DNA of 64,000 bases from Candidatus Aenigmatarchaeota archaeon. GTDB lineage: Archaea > Aenigmatarchaeota > Aenigmatarchaeia > QMZP01 > QMZT01. Below are positions 17,883 through 27,161 of the stretch, piece after piece. The notes below the pieces were generated by a model that was not told where the DNA came from, searched no databases, and saw only the letters and a program-made list of their open reading frames with translations. Location: positions 25,431 through 89,430 of the forward strand of contig JBGPQP010000001.1 of the NCBI GenBank assembly GCA_041489155.1. Reading direction: 5' to 3'. A program made the position numbers and the translations under genes. Each line of letters starts with the position of its first letter. Position 1 is the first letter of the stretch.

Positions 17883-18973
17883 AGCTTGAAGACGTGATAG
17901 AAAACGCATTCATGGTAAAGCCGGAAGAAGCGTTGTCGCAAGTGGCCTCAAGAATGGCAAACGAAAAGAAATATGAGGCTTTCGTTTTTGACAAAGAACT
18001 GAAGGGCATCGTAACCCTTGACGACATAGTCAAAAAAAGAGTCAGCGAGCCGCAGAAGATGAAGATTTCATATCTCATGAAGCCCGTGACCGTTTTTTCA
18101 GTAGAAGCGCCCGTCGAAGACATAATGAATTACATGTTGGTTAGTGAGCACAGGTCTTTGCCCATCGAGAAAGACGGTAAGATATACGCGATAACAAAAC
18201 CTAAGTTGCTCAAATTCGTAAAAGACGAAATTTTTGCCGGTAAAAAAGCAATAGATGTAATGCAGAAAACATACTGCGCAAGCACCAACGACACGATATC
18301 TACTGTTGCAACAGTAATGCGTGACACGGGCGTTAACAGGATACCCGTTGTAGACGAAGAGGGCAGATTCGCAGGCCTTGTCGACAGCCTCAGCCTGGCA
18401 GGCATGCTTGTAGGCAGGGAGAGATCGCAGTTCGGCGAGAGGGATGGAGAAAAGGTGAAACTCGGCAACGTGGGTGTCAGCACGTTCCTAAGGACTGATA
18501 TACTGAAGGTCTCGCCTGAAACCGACCTCAAACAAATCGTCAAGAAAATATCCAACGAGGATTCATGTACCGCTATAGTAGAGGAAAACGGAAAGCTCAT
18601 GGGCATGATAACAATAAAGGATATTTTCAAGCTGATAGGCAAATCGCTCGAAACCGTGTACATAAGAGTTAGCGGTCTCCATGACGAAGACGAATTCGTA
18701 AGAAATAAGATAGACGAGATGATAGAGAAGACCATAAACAAATTGCTGAAAACAGTCAAGGTGACTTACGTGGCACTCCATGTCGATACCCACAAAAAGA
18801 AGGTGAGGAGAGACGAAAGAATGAAATATTCGGTGCATGGCAGGCTTGTCACAGACAAGGGTAACTTCTACGCGAGCGATTACGAATGGGAGCCGACGAA
18901 GGCAGTTAAGGTTTTTCTTGACAGAATAGAAACCGAAGTTCACAGACAGATAGAAAAGACAAGAGGCTATTAG
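17879..18973 (+). CDS. Four-CBS-domain protein with C-terminal HPF/RaiA-like domain (candidate ribosome hibernation factor)
   Basis: Two CBS pairs (GIVTLDDI, RIPVVDEEG, GMITIKDI); C-terminal YSVHGRLVTDKGNFYASDYEW...FLDRIETEV. Confidence 0.75.
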   Translation: MKLEDVIENAFMVKPEEALSQVASRMANEKKYEAFVFDKELKGIVTLDDIVKKRVSEPQKMKISYLMKPVTVFSVEAPVEDIMNYMLVSEHRSLPIEKDGKIYAITKPKLLKFVKDEIFAGKKAIDVMQKTYCASTNDTISTVATVMRDTGVNRIPVVDEEGRFAGLVDSLSLAGMLVGRERSQFGERDGEKVKLGNVGVSTFLRTDILKVSPETDLKQIVKKISNEDSCTAIVEENGKLMGMITIKDIFKLIGKSLETVYIRVSGLHDEDEFVRNKIDEMIEKTINKLLKTVKVTYVALHVDTHKKKVRRDERMKYSVHGRLVTDKGNFYASDYEWEPTKAVKVFLDRIETEVHRQIEKTRGY

Positions 18974-20439
18974 AAAATATTTTTACCTTCAAAAAATTCA
19001 TCAATCTTCTGCGGTAAATCCTTTATCTTGATTCTTATCTGCTTCATTGAGTCCCTTTCACGAAGGGTTACATCGTGTTTATCGACCGATTCGTAGTCGA
19101 TGGTTATGGCCAGCGGAATGCCAAGCTGATCATATATTACGTAACGCTTTCCTATCGACTGCTTTTCATCGTATCTAACCTCATATTTGGTTTTTAGCGT
19201 CTCGTATACTTCCCTCGCTTTCACGTCAAGCCCGTCCTTCCTGACTAGCGGAAGTACTACGACGTCGAGCGGTGCAAGGCTGCGCGAAAACTGCAGGACA
19301 GGTTTCCCGTCCCTTTCTGAAAGCGAGTTTTCAAGGATGGAATAAAATATGCGATCGAGTCCCATTGAAAGTTCAAAAACGTGGGGGATGAATTTCTCCT
19401 CATCTTCAACGACCGAAAGATCTGTTCCGGAAACTTTTGAATGCGATGCCATGTCGTAGTCAGTCCTGTAGTTACATGCCACTAGCTCTAGCCATCCCAC
19501 GCTGGTTTTTACCTCGAAGTCCCATGTCTCCTTCGAATAAAACGCCCTCGCATTTTCCTCAAGCTCACGGAAGCGCATGTCCTTCGGATCAAAGCCGCAC
19601 TTCTCGAAAAACTGCTGGGTTACGGCAAGATAATAACCGATGAGTCTGCCGGACACTGTTTTCTTCTCAACGGCTTTTTCAAGCGTGATGGATTGCGTTT
19701 CCTTTCCCATGAGCTTAAGCCTGAGCTCTAAGTTTTTGTATTTTTCAAATTCCGGGACATCATCTATCTTCTTGGGGTTGAAGAAAACTTCGGTCTCCAG
19801 CTGCGTGAATTCCCTCGAGCGAATCAGGCCCTGTCTGGGTGAAATTTCGTTCCTGAAGGATCTCCCGGCCTGTGAAATGCCTAGCGGCAGAGAAACCCTT
19901 GCAGTCTTGTATATCTTCTGGAAATCGGTAAATATGTTTTGGCATGTTTCAGGCCTCAGGTAGGCGTTCTTCTCGGCGGTGAGGGGACCAATAGAAACGC
20001 CGATCATCATGTTGAACTTCTGCACTTTTTCCAGTCTGCCTTTACACTCCGGGCATTTTACAGCGTGCTTTTCTATAAGTCCGTTGAACTCAGAGGGTTC
20101 CATTGCCTCCGGTATTGTTTTTCCGGCAACTTCCTCGATAAGCTTGTCTGCCCTGAATACCTTCCTGCATTTGGAACACTGCACCAGAGGATCAACGAAG
20201 TTCTTCAAGTGACCTGACGCCTCGAAATTTTTTCTGGGGAGAATAAGACACCCGTCAATTTCCAGAGAGTCAGTTCTGCGGACGATTTCCCTTCTCCAGA
20301 GGTCAATGATTTTCCTGCGCATTACTGTCCCAAGGTGGCCGAAATCCAGAAAACCGGCCAGTGCCGAGTGTATTTCAGCGGTGGGAAAAAACAAACCGCG
20401 TTGATCGGCGAGCTCCTGTATACGGGCGAACTTATCCAT
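18970..20439 (-). CDS. glyS: Glycine--tRNA ligase (archaeal/eukaryotic type)
   Basis: ASGHLKNFVDP; YLRPETCQNIF; SFRNEISPRQGLIRSREFTQLE; PHVFELSMGLDR. Confidence 0.97.
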   Translation of the reverse strand: MDKFARIQELADQRGLFFPTAEIHSALAGFLDFGHLGTVMRRKIIDLWRREIVRRTDSLEIDGCLILPRKNFEASGHLKNFVDPLVQCSKCRKVFRADKLIEEVAGKTIPEAMEPSEFNGLIEKHAVKCPECKGRLEKVQKFNMMIGVSIGPLTAEKNAYLRPETCQNIFTDFQKIYKTARVSLPLGISQAGRSFRNEISPRQGLIRSREFTQLETEVFFNPKKIDDVPEFEKYKNLELRLKLMGKETQSITLEKAVEKKTVSGRLIGYYLAVTQQFFEKCGFDPKDMRFRELEENARAFYSKETWDFEVKTSVGWLELVACNYRTDYDMASHSKVSGTDLSVVEDEEKFIPHVFELSMGLDRIFYSILENSLSERDGKPVLQFSRSLAPLDVVVLPLVRKDGLDVKAREVYETLKTKYEVRYDEKQSIGKRYVIYDQLGIPLAITIDYESVDKHDVTLRERDSMKQIRIKIKDLPQKIDEFFEGKNIF

Positions 20440-20483
20440 GAAAATCACATATAAATTTATTATGATTGTTTAAATAAGATAGT

Positions 20484-21146
20484 ATGCCAAGGAAGAGCTC
20501 TTTGAAAGTCGATTTTCACGTCCACTCCGATGTTTCGAGAGACAGTGATATGACGCCTAGAACCATAATAAGTTCCGCAAGGAAAAACGGGCTCGATGCG
20601 ATAGCCGTCACCGATCATGATACAATAAAAGGCGCGCTAGAGGTTCAGAAAATCTCAGATGGTTTGGTAGTTTTCGTTGGAGCAGAAATCAAAACCAAAA
20701 GCGGCGAGGTCATAGGTCTCAACCTTAAAAAAGACATCGAAGCAGGGCTTTCCCTTGAGGCGACATGCAAAAGGATAAAGGAACAGGGGGGGTTCCTGAT
20801 CGTCCCTCATCCTTTCGATAGATTCAGGAACGGCATCGGCAAGGCTATAGAAAAAATTGTAAATTACATAGACGCGGTCGAAGTTTTCAACGCAAGGGTA
20901 TTGGTAGACCGCTTCAACGAAGAGGCGATGGACTTCGCAAAAAAACACTCCCTCCCGGTTGTCGCAGGCTCTGATTCTCATTTTGTCAATGAAATCGGCT
21001 CTGCCTTCACTCTGGTTAAGGCTAACAAAAGCAGGGATGGCATACTAAGAGCGATAAAAAACGGTTATGCGGAAATAGGCGGCAAGAAAACAGGCGTACT
21101 GCCCCACTGGAAAACCTTTGTCACGAAAATGGGCAAAAAACTTTAG
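20484..21146 (+). CDS. PHP-domain metal-dependent phosphoesterase
   Basis: DFHVHS; AVTDHD; PHPF; AGSDSH. Confidence 0.92.
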   Translation: MPRKSSLKVDFHVHSDVSRDSDMTPRTIISSARKNGLDAIAVTDHDTIKGALEVQKISDGLVVFVGAEIKTKSGEVIGLNLKKDIEAGLSLEATCKRIKEQGGFLIVPHPFDRFRNGIGKAIEKIVNYIDAVEVFNARVLVDRFNEEAMDFAKKHSLPVVAGSDSHFVNEIGSAFTLVKANKSRDGILRAIKNGYAEIGGKKTGVLPHWKTFVTKMGKKL

Positions 21147-21152
21147 CTTTGC

Positions 21153-22184
21153 TTACGGTATGTTACTTATATTTTTGGTTATGTTTTCAAGGCCTGCCTC
21201 TAGTTCCTTTTTCAAATCGTCCAGTGTTTTGTACTTCTTTAGTTCTTCTGTCAGGTTGTCCACCGGTTTTTTCAGGTCTTCAGGCATTTCCCTCATGACG
21301 TTTTCCCTGTATTCACCAATCATGTTTGCAATTTGATCATTGGCTTCTCCAACAATCGGTATTATGAGGACCGCGAACGATATAATGACAATCGGCAGCA
21401 GCAGATACTCCAGCACTATCATGTTGCTTATCTTGTGAACCTCTATGTCCATTTTCTTGAAAAGAAGCAGTATAAAAAGCGGTATTAACACCAGAAGCGT
21501 CATGCTGAGCGGGAAACCGTATTGCACGAAGGATATAGCATAAGAAAACGCTCCTACAAGGCAGATAGTCGCGAACAGTTTTTTGTTGCTTTTTATGATG
21601 CTACCTGTAAATTTGAATTTGTATATAAGATAACTGGCAGTGTAAACAATCGAAAAAACGAATACTAGCCAGAAGGGGAATTTGGCTATATCAGACGTCA
21701 GCGCGAACCAGCCGCATGAAAATTTCAGAAATTCGATAGCCGTCATGTTGACAGCGGTTTTTTTCAGACCTCTTTTAAATCTGGTGTATGGGGATGAATG
21801 GAGAAAGTTGAGGAACAGCATTCCGGCAACCATCAAAAAAAACCATTGACTAACAAGCAAGGAAACCGACAAACCGGTGATTACGAAAATGAGGGCAAGT
21901 ATTTTCGCTGCTCTTTCGCTCAGCATCCCTCCTGCCACGAGCTTCCATTTGATCTTTTCAGCATCTTTCTTGTCCTCATGATAATCAACCAAGTCGTTGT
22001 AGACATAGACATAAGAGTAGGCTAATAGAAAGCCTGCAAGCGAAATGATAGCGACAAAAAGATCAGGTATCCCCATTACGAACCAGTAAAGCAAAATACC
22101 CAAAGAGAACTGGACGATGTTTTTGGGTATGCTTATAGTTATGCTGTTGAAAATTATTTTTTTAGCGCGACTCATTATCTGCAC
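21153..22184 (-). CDS. UbiA-family prenyltransferase
   Basis: [12 protein letters not shown]sp-rich motif; multiple TM helices. Confidence 0.8.
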   Translation of the reverse strand: MQIMSRAKKIIFNSITISIPKNIVQFSLGILLYWFVMGIPDLFVAIISLAGFLLAYSYVYVYNDLVDYHEDKKDAEKIKWKLVAGGMLSERAAKILALIFVITGLSVSLLVSQWFFLMVAGMLFLNFLHSSPYTRFKRGLKKTAVNMTAIEFLKFSCGWFALTSDIAKFPFWLVFVFSIVYTASYLIYKFKFTGSIIKSNKKLFATICLVGAFSYAISFVQYGFPLSMTLLVLIPLFILLLFKKMDIEVHKISNMIVLEYLLLPIVIISFAVLIIPIVGEANDQIANMIGEYRENVMREMPEDLKKPVDNLTEELKKYKTLDDLKKELEAGLENITKNISNIP

Positions 22185-22187
22185 CCA

Positions 22188-22937
22188 TCATTTCTCTTTA
22201 ACCTTTCTAGCCTTTATTATTATTGTCGAGGCAAACGTTACTTTTCTGGCAAATGCAGAATCAACGCTGTTCCATAGCTTTTCCTTCCATTTCTTGCGCG
22301 AGCCGTCCGCCAGTATAGGGCTGCCTGCGAATTTCTCGACTGAAAACCCATTGAGAGCGAGCAGATCTGAAAGCGAGCGTTTTGTGAAGGCGTGTATGTG
22401 TCCCACGCCTTCTTTCACGAAGGGGTTGCCCGTGTAAGTCCGCAGGGAGGATTCGATCCATGTGGGCATGTAGCCAAGGAAAAGGAAGCCACGGTTGTAC
22501 CAAGAAGCTATGTTCGGGACAGTGATAATTATATAACCGTTGGGCTTCAGCACGTTGCTTATGTTTTCAAGCAGCTTCTCTGTGTCGTACATGTGCTCCA
22601 GCACGTCGCCGCAGAAAGCGGCATCGAACGTGTTTTGGGGGAAGGGGAATTTGCCCCTGTCAAGATTTACCACCTTCGCTTCTATATGCTTCTTCCTTGC
22701 ATCTCTTACTGCGTTTTTGCTTATGTCCAGGCCGCAAACCTTCGCGTTTGTTTTCTTGGTTATAAGACTGGAAATGAAGCCGTCACCGCAACCGATATCG
22801 ATTATCCTTCCGCTGTCGTGCTTTTCGAACATATCCAGAACTTTCTGTATCTTCCTTTCCTGTATTCTGTAGTACCTCTCGGCCTCTTTTACGAATATGT
22901 TAGAATAGAAATACCTGTTGTATTCGTTCGTGTCCAT
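22188..22937 (-). CDS. Class I SAM-dependent methyltransferase
   Basis: IIDIGCGDG; GLDIS; DVLEH; TVPN. Confidence 0.92.
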   Translation of the reverse strand: MDTNEYNRYFYSNIFVKEAERYYRIQERKIQKVLDMFEKHDSGRIIDIGCGDGFISSLITKKTNAKVCGLDISKNAVRDARKKHIEAKVVNLDRGKFPFPQNTFDAAFCGDVLEHMYDTEKLLENISNVLKPNGYIIITVPNIASWYNRGFLFLGYMPTWIESSLRTYTGNPFVKEGVGHIHAFTKRSLSDLLALNGFSVEKFAGSPILADGSRKKWKEKLWNSVDSAFARKVTFASTIIIKARKVKEK

Positions 22938-22988
22938 GTAAAGATTTGTGGTCTAACAATTATAAAAAAGGAATCTCATTATTAATTT

Positions 22989-24494
22989 ATGGACTTGCAG
23001 AAAATTCTTGAGAGTCTGAGTCCCGTTGAAAGAAAGGTGCTGCCTTTTCTAAAGGATGGGCTTGAGTTGAGAGAAATCTCGAAAGTATCGAAAACCGAAG
23101 GAACAGAAGTTATGCGGGCTCTCCAGTGGCTTGAAAATAAGGGGGCCGTCAGGGTTAAAGCCTCGCCAAAGGAAATCATTGATCTGGGGGATAACGGCAA
23201 AATTTATGCTGACATCGGCCTTCCTGAAAAAAGATTCCTTGAAGTTCTTGCAGGCAAGATGGAGCTGGACGCGATAAAGAAGGCGACCGGCCTCGACGAC
23301 AATGAAATAAGGATCTGCCTTGGCCTGCTTAAAGCAAGGTATGCGATTTCCATAGACGGGAATGAAGTAAAACCGACAAGCGAAAGGGACCGCGTTCTGC
23401 AGCATGGTTTCCCGGAAGAAGCCTTGCTGAAAAAACTCCCGAAGGGTTTTGATGATCTCAGCGAGGATGAAAAATCAATGGTCAGCAGACTTATCAAAAG
23501 AAAGGACATCGTGAAAAAGGACATCGCCAAATTCAGGTATGTGGAACTAACAGAACTCGGCAAGAAGCTGGCAAAAGAAAGGGTGATGAAGGCTGATCTT
23601 ATCGAAAATCTTACGCCACAAATGCTGAGGGAGAGGAAATGGGTCGGTAAGGGGTTCAGAAGGTACGACATAAAAACCAGCGTACCTAGGCTTTACGCCG
23701 GCAACAGGCAGCCTTACAGCGAATTTTTGCAGGGTGTACGAGAGAAACTGGTTTCGCTGGGCTTCAGGGAGATGGATGGCCCCATAATCGAGCTTGAATT
23801 TTTCAACTTCGATTCGCTTTTTCAGCCGCAGAATCACCCGGCAAGGGACTGGAGCGCGACTTACAGGATAAAAGAACCCAGATATGGCATTCTCCCGGAA
23901 AGGGGGCTTGTGCTCGCCGTCAAAAAGGCGCATGAAGGCGGTATTGACGGTTCAACAGGATGGAAATATAAATGGGATGAAAAGATTGCCTCACAACTGA
24001 TGCCGAGGGCGCATGACACTGCAATTTCGCCGAGATTCCTTGCCAAAGGCGTGGAAATACCCGGGAAATACTTCAGCCTAGTACGCTGCTTCAGGCCGGA
24101 CGTTATTGATGCCAAACACGGCGTTGAATTCAACCAGCTGGGAGGCTTCGTAATAGACGAGGATCTTTCATTCCGGCATCTCTTGGGTCTGCTCAAAAAT
24201 TTTGTTTTCGAAATCACGGGCATAGAGGATGTAAAATTCCTCCCTGACTATTTCCCGTTCACCGAGCCTTCGGTTCAGGTGTCAGCGAAACATCCGGAAT
24301 TCGGCTGGATCGAGCTTGCAGGCGCAGGAGTATTCAGGCCTGAACTCACTAAACCGCTTGGTGTCAACGAACCTGTAATAGCATGGGGTTTCGGCCTTGA
24401 CAGGCTTGCAATGATGAGGCTGGGAGTAGGAGACATACGCAATCTCTTCTCCAATGATATGGAATTCCTTAGAAAAGCAAGGAAGGTGCTCTGA
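22989..24494 (+). CDS. pheS: Phenylalanine--tRNA ligase alpha subunit
   Basis: FNFDSLFQPQNHPARD; FRPDVIDAKH; YFPFTEPS; AWGFGLDRLAM. Confidence 0.97.
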   Translation: MDLQKILESLSPVERKVLPFLKDGLELREISKVSKTEGTEVMRALQWLENKGAVRVKASPKEIIDLGDNGKIYADIGLPEKRFLEVLAGKMELDAIKKATGLDDNEIRICLGLLKARYAISIDGNEVKPTSERDRVLQHGFPEEALLKKLPKGFDDLSEDEKSMVSRLIKRKDIVKKDIAKFRYVELTELGKKLAKERVMKADLIENLTPQMLRERKWVGKGFRRYDIKTSVPRLYAGNRQPYSEFLQGVREKLVSLGFREMDGPIIELEFFNFDSLFQPQNHPARDWSATYRIKEPRYGILPERGLVLAVKKAHEGGIDGSTGWKYKWDEKIASQLMPRAHDTAISPRFLAKGVEIPGKYFSLVRCFRPDVIDAKHGVEFNQLGGFVIDEDLSFRHLLGLLKNFVFEITGIEDVKFLPDYFPFTEPSVQVSAKHPEFGWIELAGAGVFRPELTKPLGVNEPVIAWGFGLDRLAMMRLGVGDIRNLFSNDMEFLRKARKVL

Positions 24495-26164
24495 TGCCGA
24501 CAATTGAAATTTCGCTTGAAGATCTCAGCAAAATGTCAGGTAAAAAATTCACAGAGAAATCACTAGGCAAAGCACTGGAATATGTAAAGGGCGAGATAGA
24601 ATCAGCCGATGGCGACAGGATAAAAATAGAAATGGCAGATACCAATAGGCCGGACCTGTGGTCAACAGAAGGCGTAGCGAGAGAACTGCGGGCAAGATTT
24701 ACGAAAGACAGGGGTCTTCCTAAATTCGCAACCAAGAAATCCGGTTTGATGGTAATAGTCAATAAAAACCTAGCAGACATAAGGCCAAAAACCGTGTGCG
24801 CTGTCGTAAGGGGGCTGAAAATCACCGAAGAATGCCTCTTACAGATGATACAACTGCAGGAGAAGATCTGCGAAAATTTCGGACGCGGACGGAGGGAGGT
24901 TGCGCTTGGGGTGTATGACTACCATAAGCTTTCACCGCCCATATATTACCGTGCTTACGGTCCGCATGAAATAAAATTCGTGCCCCTTGATTTCGACAGG
25001 GAATTATATCTAAATGAAATACTCGAACAGCATCCAAAAGGCAAGGAATATGGCCAATTGCTGAAAGACAATAAAAAATATCCTATTTTCATTGACGCCA
25101 AGGGTAACGTGCTTTCGATGCCACCGGTGATAAATTCAAATTATAGCGGCAAGGTAACGCAAGAGACAAGGGACGTATTCATTGAATGCTCGGGTTTCGA
25201 TATGAAATTCCTGATGCCTTCGCTTAACATAATGGTGGCTGCTCTTGCAGAACATGGCGGGAGGATTGAAACGGTTGACGTGATGTTCCCGAACGGAAAA
25301 ATCGAGACTCCGGATCTCAAGCCGAAAAAAATAAATGTCAGCCTTAACCGCCTGAAAAAACTTTCAGGCCTCAATCTGAAAAAAAACCAGATCAAGAACA
25401 TGCTTCAGAAATCAAGATACGACGTGAAAATCAAGAGGGATAATATGCTGGTATATTATCCTGCATACAGGCAGGATGTGATGCATGAAGTCGATGTGAT
25501 AGAAGATGTGATAATATCGTACGGCTACAACAAGATCGAGCCTATGATGCCAAAAATAGCCAGCACAGGCAGGCTGACGGAAATAAACGAATTTTCCAGG
25601 AAAATAGCTGAAATGATGGTCGGCCTTGGAAGCCAAGAAACAATGTCGTACATACTGACGAACAGGGACAACCTGGTCAATAGAATGAACCTGGAAGATA
25701 TGAGAACGATAGAGGTTGAAAACCCAATATCCAAAAACTGGAGCGTCTTCAGGACATGGTTAACACCATCACTGATCGAATTCCTCTCAAACAACACCAA
25801 CAGAGAATATCCGCAAAACATTTTCGAAATCGGCGAAGTGGTTATATACGATGAAAAAACGGAAACAAAGTCATCAAATCCGACAAGACTCGCGTGGGCT
25901 TATGCTGGTTCTGGTGCGAATTTCACAAAAGCGAAGCAACATCTCGATTTTCTATTCAGAAATCTCGGGCTGGAATACAAAATAGAAGAAACAGAACATG
26001 CCTCATTCATACTTGGTAGATCCGGAAGAATATCGGTATCGGGAAAAAATGTCGCCTACATCGGAGAACTCCATCCAAAGGTTCTTGAAAATTTCGGCAT
26101 CGAACAGCCTGTTTGCGCCTTCGAAATAAACCTGAGCGATATGCTTGGCATTTTGAAAAAATAG
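24494..26164 (+). CDS. pheT: Phenylalanine--tRNA ligase beta subunit
   Basis: NRPDLWSTEGVAR; LSMPPVINS; YRQDVMHEVDVIED; GELHP. Confidence 0.97.
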   Translation: MPTIEISLEDLSKMSGKKFTEKSLGKALEYVKGEIESADGDRIKIEMADTNRPDLWSTEGVARELRARFTKDRGLPKFATKKSGLMVIVNKNLADIRPKTVCAVVRGLKITEECLLQMIQLQEKICENFGRGRREVALGVYDYHKLSPPIYYRAYGPHEIKFVPLDFDRELYLNEILEQHPKGKEYGQLLKDNKKYPIFIDAKGNVLSMPPVINSNYSGKVTQETRDVFIECSGFDMKFLMPSLNIMVAALAEHGGRIETVDVMFPNGKIETPDLKPKKINVSLNRLKKLSGLNLKKNQIKNMLQKSRYDVKIKRDNMLVYYPAYRQDVMHEVDVIEDVIISYGYNKIEPMMPKIASTGRLTEINEFSRKIAEMMVGLGSQETMSYILTNRDNLVNRMNLEDMRTIEVENPISKNWSVFRTWLTPSLIEFLSNNTNREYPQNIFEIGEVVIYDEKTETKSSNPTRLAWAYAGSGANFTKAKQHLDFLFRNLGLEYKIEETEHASFILGRSGRISVSGKNVAYIGELHPKVLENFGIEQPVCAFEINLSDMLGILKK

Positions 26165-26167
26165 CTT

Positions 26168-26932
26168 TTATCTGGAAGAAAGCCAGTTGAACAGGCGGAA
26201 GCTGAATGGTATTCTAGGTTCATAAACCTCGCCGATCAAAGCTGCCGCCAACGCACGTATGTGCTGGGCGGCAGGCGATTTCGGGTTGTAAGTCATGACT
26301 GGTTCTTTTAGGGCGATGGCTTTCCTCACCTCCCTGTCTTCCGGTATTTTTCCTATCGCCGGAAGGTTCAGCATCTTCTCTATCTGTTCTATTGGAAGTT
26401 CGTGTGTTTCTCCTTTTATCCTGTTGACAACCACTCCGAGATTGTGGGTGGAGTATCTTTTTGCTATAAGGCTTAATTTAAGGGCGTCCGTCACGGCCGG
26501 AAGCTCCGGGTTGGTTACTGTTATCAGCTCGTCTGCAGCCTCTATCGCTGCGAGGGAATCCTTGCCGAGTCCGGCTGGCGAATCTATCAGTATGAAATCA
26601 TTTCCATCAAGCAATTTGTACAGCACATCGATATAATGGTGTGATTTTATGTTCCTCTGCCGTCTTAATGAAATGTCCGCCGGAATTATTTTGAAGCCTG
26701 CTTTGTGCGTATATATAACATCCTTTATTCTTGCCCTGCCTTCGAAAACATCGTGAAGTGTTTTGGGATAAAGATGCATCCCGAGGTGAAGAGCGAGATT
26801 GGAGGTTGTGAGGTTGGCATCAACAGCCAGGACGGATTTCCCGTATTGCGCCAAGGCAGCCGAAAGATTGGAAACAAGCGTTGTCTTGCCAACGCCGCCC
26901 TTGCCAGAAGATATGGCTATTATTCTAGTCAT
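26168..26932 (-). CDS. minD: MinD-family ATPase (archaeal)
   Basis: SGKGGVGKTT; IDSPAG; VTNPE; IPED. Confidence 0.92.
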   Translation of the reverse strand: MTRIIAISSGKGGVGKTTLVSNLSAALAQYGKSVLAVDANLTTSNLALHLGMHLYPKTLHDVFEGRARIKDVIYTHKAGFKIIPADISLRRQRNIKSHHYIDVLYKLLDGNDFILIDSPAGLGKDSLAAIEAADELITVTNPELPAVTDALKLSLIAKRYSTHNLGVVVNRIKGETHELPIEQIEKMLNLPAIGKIPEDREVRKAIALKEPVMTYNPKSPAAQHIRALAAALIGEVYEPRIPFSFRLFNWLSSR

Positions 26933-27025
26933 GTTTATAGATTTATCTTCGAAAAGTTATAAATCCATATTGTTTCGATTATGCGGCGGCCTGAATTGCA
27001 AATTCAAGTCGTGATAAATTAATTA

Positions 27026-27139
27026 CGGACCTGGGGGGATTCGAACCCCCGACCTTTAGCTTAGGAGGCTACCGCTCTATTGTCGACCGAAGCAGACTAT
27101 GTCTGCTTACTACGAAGTTTCCAACTGAGCTACAGGTCC
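27026..27139 (-). tRNA. tRNA-Arg(CCT) with a 40-nt D-loop intron (27080..27119); CCA not encoded
   Basis: Acceptor stem GGACCTG/CAGGTCC; anticodon loop CT-CCT-AA; T arm GGGGG-TTCGAAT-CCCCC; BHB GTTG/CGAC with GAA and AAT bulges. Confidence 0.92.
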
Positions 27140-27161
27140 ATGGCTGCCATGATGCTTTATT

